From: Vicugna vicugna
Lineage: Eukaryota
Direction of reading: 5' to 3'
DNA length: 64,000 nt
Assembly (NCBI GenBank): GCA_013265495.1
Contig: MU057887.1
Coordinates: 3,009,576 to 3,073,575, forward strand
The notes under the pieces were generated by a model. That model did no database searches, was not told the DNA's origin, and saw only the letters and a list, made by a program, of their open reading frames with translations. Positions 58,231 through 64,000 of the stretch are shown one piece after another. The position numbers and the translations under genes are program-made. Within the stretch, counting starts at the first letter, position 1, and every line of letters begins with the position of its first letter.

Positions 58231-61200
58231 TAAGAGCTTGAAATGTCATTTAGATCAAAATGGAAAGGAATTAGGATTCACAGCTCAGCCCACTCCCAGG
58301 AGAATGTCCGACCTGGGGCTCTCAGGGGCCTGGCCCGTGGATGACACACGCCTACAGGCCTCCCCCCGCTGCCCCACGCTGGGCGGACACCAGGGCTTGC
58401 CGGCCGCCCCAGGAGGGCCCTTGGTGTGTGGTCAGACCACGTGAGGGGCAGAGCAGGGCTGCTCAGAGGCGGAGGGACAGGCAGGGCCAAGAGCGTGGCA
58501 GGCCTCTCCTCTTGGGGACCGTCCCCTCCCGGCCAGGTGCCTTCTGGGAAGGGCAGGGTAGCCCCACCGCGGAGGCACAGCCACCCCTCCCCCGGAGCAG
58601 CCATGAGGGTGGGGTTCCCTAGATGGGGGCTCTCGTGGAGGCCTGGGTCCTCCAGCCCCAGGAAGTTGTCCCGTCCCCTCGCACCACGGCCCTGGGGGCA
58701 ACCTCAGCTTTACTCTCCCTGCTTCAGGGTCTAGAACTTGCCCACCTCCTGCGTGAGGCCTGCTGCCCCCCAGGTGCAGTCAGGGCCCCTGGCCGTGGGG
58801 GATGAGGGACACTCACAGCAGCTGCAGCCCCTGGGCTCTGGGTGGGGAGCCGAGTGAGCCCCAAGCTTGGATTCCAGGTCTGAGGAACGAGGGCTGATGG
58901 CCCCCACATAGGTCCATTCACTCTCTCAGGAACCCTCCACCCGTGCAAAGCACCGAGCTGGGGCCGTGGGGGGATTGAGGACCCTCTGCTTCTAAGGAGG
59001 GGTCCCACAAACAGAGGAGAGGGTGGGGGTCATCAGACAGGGCTGAGGACAGCGTCCAGGGACAGCAGCCCGGGGCCAGGGTAGGGAGCTGGGAGTCAGA
59101 GCTGCCCTGCAGCCCAGAGGATCCCTGCGGGACCTGGGGCTGAGAAGAGGCCGGGGGACTAGTTTCAGCAGATCCGTCCAGGAGCTGACCAGGGGATGGA
59201 CGGGGGAGGTCCCTCTGGCCGGACCCAGAGCCAGAGGGCGTGTCTACATGGAGACCAAGCTGGGAGTGGTCCCGGTGAGGTTTGGCTGGGTGGTGGGGAG
59301 GGGGCTGTATGGATGCAGGACTGTTGCCTGAGTGATGTGGGTGGGGGCGCAGGGGGCACAGGGCCCGGGAGGCGGGGCAGGTGTGGGTTGGGGAAGAGCT
59401 GAGTCTGGGTCTAACAGATTGGGTCAGAGGTGCCACAGGGAACCTCGGTGGGCATCCTCCATGGACAGACAGACAGACAGGTGGGTGTGGAGATCTGGCC
59501 AGTGCTGCCTGGCCCCGCATCTCTATGATTAAGCAAAACATTCACTTTCTGCTCTCCCCACCTCCCTGTGGATGTGCCTGGCCGTGGGAGGCCCCTGGTG
59601 TGGGACAAGGCCCCTGGAAGGACCCTCCACTCGGTGGGGCAGGCAGGGCCGAGGCCAGAATGCAGCCCACCCCCTCCCTCCACGTCGGCTGGGAGCGGGG
59701 AAGGCAGGGCACGGCAAGCCCCCGTCTGCCGTCCTGGGGGTGCGAGCAGCCTGTTCACACTGGTCCGCGTCAACTGTGACCTCACCTAAGACACCGAAGG
59801 GGCCACAGCAGTGATTGATTGCAGAGCCACAGCTGCGACGACCAAGTGTCCCAGCCACTCAGCTCCTCTGGGGACGTTCTGGCTCAGGGGATGCTTGGTG
59901 AAGAGGGAGGTGGGCACGAGGCGGTGGGGGGGGTCCCTGCGTGGGGAGGTGACTTGGCAACAGGACCCAGCTCCCTTCGTGGGTTCTTGGGAGAACCTCG
60001 CAGCGGCCCAGACCTCCCGGCACCTCCCGGCTCCTGGGGCAGGAACCTCTGAGGGCGGCCCAGTTGCCAGATTCAAATTCCACCTGAGGTCTGACAGCCA
60101 AGGCTGGTCTCCCCGGCTCTACCTCGTGCTAACCCTTTCTCGTGTTCCCCTAAATGAGAGTGTCCTTTGCACCTGATCCCGCTGAACAACTGCTGAACAC
60201 CTCCAGATAGGCAAGGTCAGCTACACTTTCCTGAGTTCTCCACCCTGCCCTCCCTGAATCCCACACGGGGCCCTGCTCAGACCCCTGAAGCCGGCTGCCT
60301 CGCCTGCCTCAGCCCCATGTAGATTCTGGGTGGAAAGGGCCAGTGCTTTGCACGTTTCAAGCACACGCTTTGCAGTGTGTATATTGTTGCTATTATTGAC
60401 ATCATCAAGCCTAGATCGCAGACCCGGAAGGCCTTCCCCGTGGAGTGAGGCGGTTGCCTGAGTCGGCTGGGGAGGAGGCAGGCGGCCCTCACACCAGGTC
60501 TGTCCGGCTCTCAGGACAGATCAGCCGAGCAGGGGCTGAGGGTATGGGTGTGTGTCCCGCAGGGTGGCCCCAGGGCCCCGGCTCCAGGACGGGGCAGAAA
60601 CCCTGGCTGTGCCATCAGTTCTCCGTCTGATTTCTCCCGAAGCCCAAGGCGTCTGCCTGTCTGTCTCAGTGTGTCATCGGGGAGGCAGAGAGGATGTGTT
60701 TCTTTCGCTCTCCTGACAGACAGGATTGTTTGGATTATGAATATCAGCTCGGGGGTGACAGGTGACAGGCGTCTTGGTATCGACCTTGCTCAGAAAGGTA
60801 CCAAAATAGAAAGTTCAATAATCTCTATTTTAACTGACAGTTAAAAATTCAATAAATCGTCCTCTTGCCAGACACCTGTGTGCGATCAAGGCGGATAAAT
60901 GCCCTGGATTCCTTGCAGGCAAGCCCGGTGTTTGTGTGTAAAGCCACCAGCCCAGCTGGAAGGGACTGATGCTCCAGACAGCCCTTTTGAAAAGGAAACA
61001 ATAGCCCACAATCCCAGACGGTTCTGACAAACCCGAGAAAAAACCTTTCTCTATCCCCCTCCCGTGGACCCAAGACGGAGGCCACAGGACGGTTCCATTA
61101 GGGACGTCAACACGGAAGCTGGGTCTGTGAACATCTCTGCGCACAAGCAATGCGCCGGCACCAGCGGTGGGTTAGAAAGAGGATGGAAAACAGTTAGGTC

Positions 61201-61589
61201 TTCGCAGGGACCAAATGAAACGTGAATAGTACAAAAGAAAATAAATCCGGGGCAGTGTTAAAGAGAAGCCTGAAGAAAACTCAACAGCAAGGCGCGTGTC
61301 TGGGTCGTTGAAAGGCAGCAGTTATTTCTCCCTCAAGAAAGGAAGAATCGGGTGGTAAGAGTCAGACTGACATGTGACAATGTGGGCCGGGGCCAAGGGA
61401 GGGGCCGAGGCTCCAGAGGAGTGACTCCACACACAGGGTAAGCCCCAAACAGAAAAAGAACGCCCACAAATAAATGTGAAATGAACAAGGACCACGAACC
61501 CTCCTCCTGCAGAAAAAAAGTGTCGACGCAGGAGCAGAGGGAAGGAGATGGGCCCGGGAGGCCAGGGCGGCCCCACCGAGGGTGCTGGA

Positions 61590-61920
61590 CCCCACAGTGC
61601 AGCATGCGCCCCTCTGCCCAGTGTGTGGCTCGTTCACACTCGGGATCACTTTGTCAGTTAAAAACAATGAACTCGAGCCACGTGCACCAACTTCTGAGTC
61701 TCAAACCGTAATGCAGCGAAAAGTCAAGAGGGAACGAGCATGCTGCAAAATCACACACAGTGCATCGTGAACACAAGACTCTGAAACAGCACGGTATGTG
61801 GTGTGGACAGACGCACGTTTGTGGGGGTTTGTGAAATGCACGGGGAGCGCAGGGGCCCACTGAGGGGTGCAGGCAGGACGGGTGTCCCCCGAGGAGGAGG
61901 GGCATCTACGGTGTGACCAC
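61590..61920 (+). mobile_element. L1ME 3' end remnant
   Basis: ttaaaaacaatgaactcgagccacgtgcaccaac...tctcaaaccgtaatgcagcgaaaagtcaag resembles the L1ME3 3' region. Confidence 0.65.
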
Positions 61921-62086
61921 CAACCTGAGAGCCTCTCCCCTTTCTGGGAACAACACCCGCCCCAGAAAGGGGCCAGCCTCATTCACACAGTCGCAGGGCT
62001 ATCAGTACCGGACTGCGAGCCACTCACCTTCCTGTGAAGTGTTCAAAACTGAGACTCGGGGAGACCTTGTGATGGGGGGGAGTCCT

Positions 62087-62604
62087 AAATCTCAGGTACA
62101 GTGTGTCCATTTCTAGTGCACAGCACGGTCCCCGTCATGCAGACACATACGTATATTTGTTTTCATGTTCTGTTTCATTAAAGGTTATTACAGCATATTG
62201 AATATAGCTCCCTGTGCCAGACAGAAGAAATGTGGTTTTTAAAAATCCATTTTTTATATAGTGGTTAACAGTTGCAAATCTCAAACTCCCAAATTTATCC
62301 TCCCCACCCCCTTTCCCCTGGGAACCGTAAGGTTGTTTACTGTGTCTGCGAGTCTGTTTCTGTTTTGTAGACGAGTTCATTAGTGTCCTCTTTTTTTCTT
62401 TACTTTCCTTTTTTTTAGATTCCACTTATGAGTGATATACCACCGAAGCCACCTAAGTGTCCATCGACAGACGACGGGATAAAGAAGTTGTGGTGTATTT
62501 ACACAATGGAATACTACTCAGCCATAAAAAAGAATACAATAATGCCACTTGCAGCAACATGGACGGAGCTGGAGATCATCATTCTAGGTGAAGAGAGCCA
62601 GAGA
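62087..62604 (-). mobile_element. Lineage-specific L1 3' end with 5' inversion (62087-62439 minus, 62440-62604 plus), flanked by direct repeat GGGAGTCCT
   Basis: The + strand ORF PPKCPSTDDGIKKLWCIYTMEYYSAIKKNTIMPLAATWTELEIIILGE is the L1 ORF2 C-terminus. The adjacent minus-strand segment is the following 3' UTR (tatcactcataagtggaatctaaaaa...atgaactcgtctacaaaacagaaacagactc...ggataaatttgggagtttgagatttg). GGGAGTCCT lies at 62078-62086 and 62605-62613. Confidence 0.9.
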
Positions 62605-64000
62605 GGGAGTCCTGGAGTTTTACAGGTTGAGTTTCATTACTTTAGACCAAAAAACAGGCCACCAGTGTAGCCCGTACTAGCATCCCTGCTGCGTCCCAGG
62701 TATGTGCTCTGTCACCACCTACCCTGCCCCCAATCCCGAACCCCTCCGCTAAGACAGACCACCTGGGGACAAGAGGCCGGAGGCCACCCTGGGAGGTGTC
62801 ACTCCAGCCACTTTACTTTTTGAGAACAAGGGCTTCCTTTTTCCGATTTGTAAGTTTTATGAGAAATATTAGAAGACCATGGAAGTTAAATCACTTACAT
62901 TTGGTAAATTGTGTTTATCTATCAGACCAAAATTTCATGGAGAGAAGTACAGGCTAAACTACCTGTACGGCGTCTAATGCGGTACAGGGAGTCTGAGAGG
63001 CGAGGGCCCAGAAAACGCCCGTGTAGCACTTGAGCGGCCCTGGGAAGACCGGGTGTGGCCTCTCAGTGTCCCCCATCTCTGTCCCCTGACCCTACAGTGA
63101 TGACAGCTGCCACTGTGGCCCCGTGCAGGGAGCAGTGACCCGTGCCCCGGGCGCGAGACCGTGGGGGCTGGCTGGTCTGCAGGGTGTCCTGGGGCATTTT
63201 CTTAGCACAGGGATGTCTTCGTCTTGACTTTAATTTCTTCAGCCTCACAAGCTGGCATTCATGTTTATTAGTGGAATTTCAGACGAGGCTTTGCGGAGGC
63301 TTGATGCGTCCTGGGCATGTTTCGGCCCCAGGGCCCCTGCTTTCCCCAGGGCTGGGCTGGGGGGCAGGGGACCCAGGGCTTGGTCCTGGCTCTGCCTCTG
63401 AGCAGCGCTGGGACGTGGAGAAGTCACTCACTGTCCGGTTCCTGATCTGACACGGGAGGGAGTGACCGATGTCTGGAGGGTCCAGTGAGCGCACAGGCAC
63501 TTGGCAGACAGCCTGCGTGGGGATGGGGGTTGACGGCGTGGCCGGGAGGGTAATGAGGGTGTGACAGTTGTCACCGGAGCTTTGGGGGATGTGCTCCCAC
63601 TGTCAGGGGACAGGGGGCAGCTGGGTCCATCCAGGTCCACCCTCAGGCCTCCAGCCCTGGGCCCCGAGCCCAGTGCTTTGTCCCAAAGGCCTCATGGTGC
63701 TCACCCAGCCAGAGGTGGAACTGACCCCGCCAGCCCTGCCCCCGGGGAGCTGGGCCCTGCTGCCCGGCAGGCGTGTCCAGTGCAAGGACCCTGGGTCAGC
63801 CCCTGGCGGCCCCCTTGGAATTACAAATATTCACCCCACCTCCTGAGATGCTGGCCTCTGTCTGTGGGGGCCGTGGCCGTGGTGGGGGCTGCCCACAGCT
63901 CTCCAGGTCTTCATACAATTTGGGGCTCTTATTAGACCCCCCACGAGTCACACTTTTCTACAGTCTGCTCTTCCATCACCCTGGTTTCCACTGTAATCAT

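Overview
GC-rich mammalian genomic DNA, most likely from a camelid: it carries a Vic-1-like tRNA-derived SINE at ~54969-55091 and a cetartiodactyl/camelid-type L1 3' end at 62087-62604. I could not recognise any host protein-coding exon, RNA gene or CRISPR array. Nearly all ORFs in the supplied track look like stop-poor artefacts of GC-rich sequence; the only recognisable peptides are L1 ORF1/ORF2 remnants. The window is a mosaic of old L1M fragments, MaLR (MLT1) LTRs, MIR, L2 and MER58A relics, one solo ERV LTR with a CCAAT/octamer array, simple repeats and two CpG-island-like segments. It also has about a dozen non-repetitive AT-rich islands dense in homeodomain, TALE, GATA, TCF, SRF or MEF2 motifs, which look like conserved enhancers of an intronic or gene-desert regulatory landscape. 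The locus could not be named. I found no convincing new biological system. The best leads are a tailless twin-primed L1 with a 9-bp TSD, sharp GC-shifted patches inside old L1 copies, the NF-Y/Oct LTR, a homotypic TGACAG cluster and two strong candidate unannotated exons. Repeat family names come from remembered consensus sequences and were not checked by a search.
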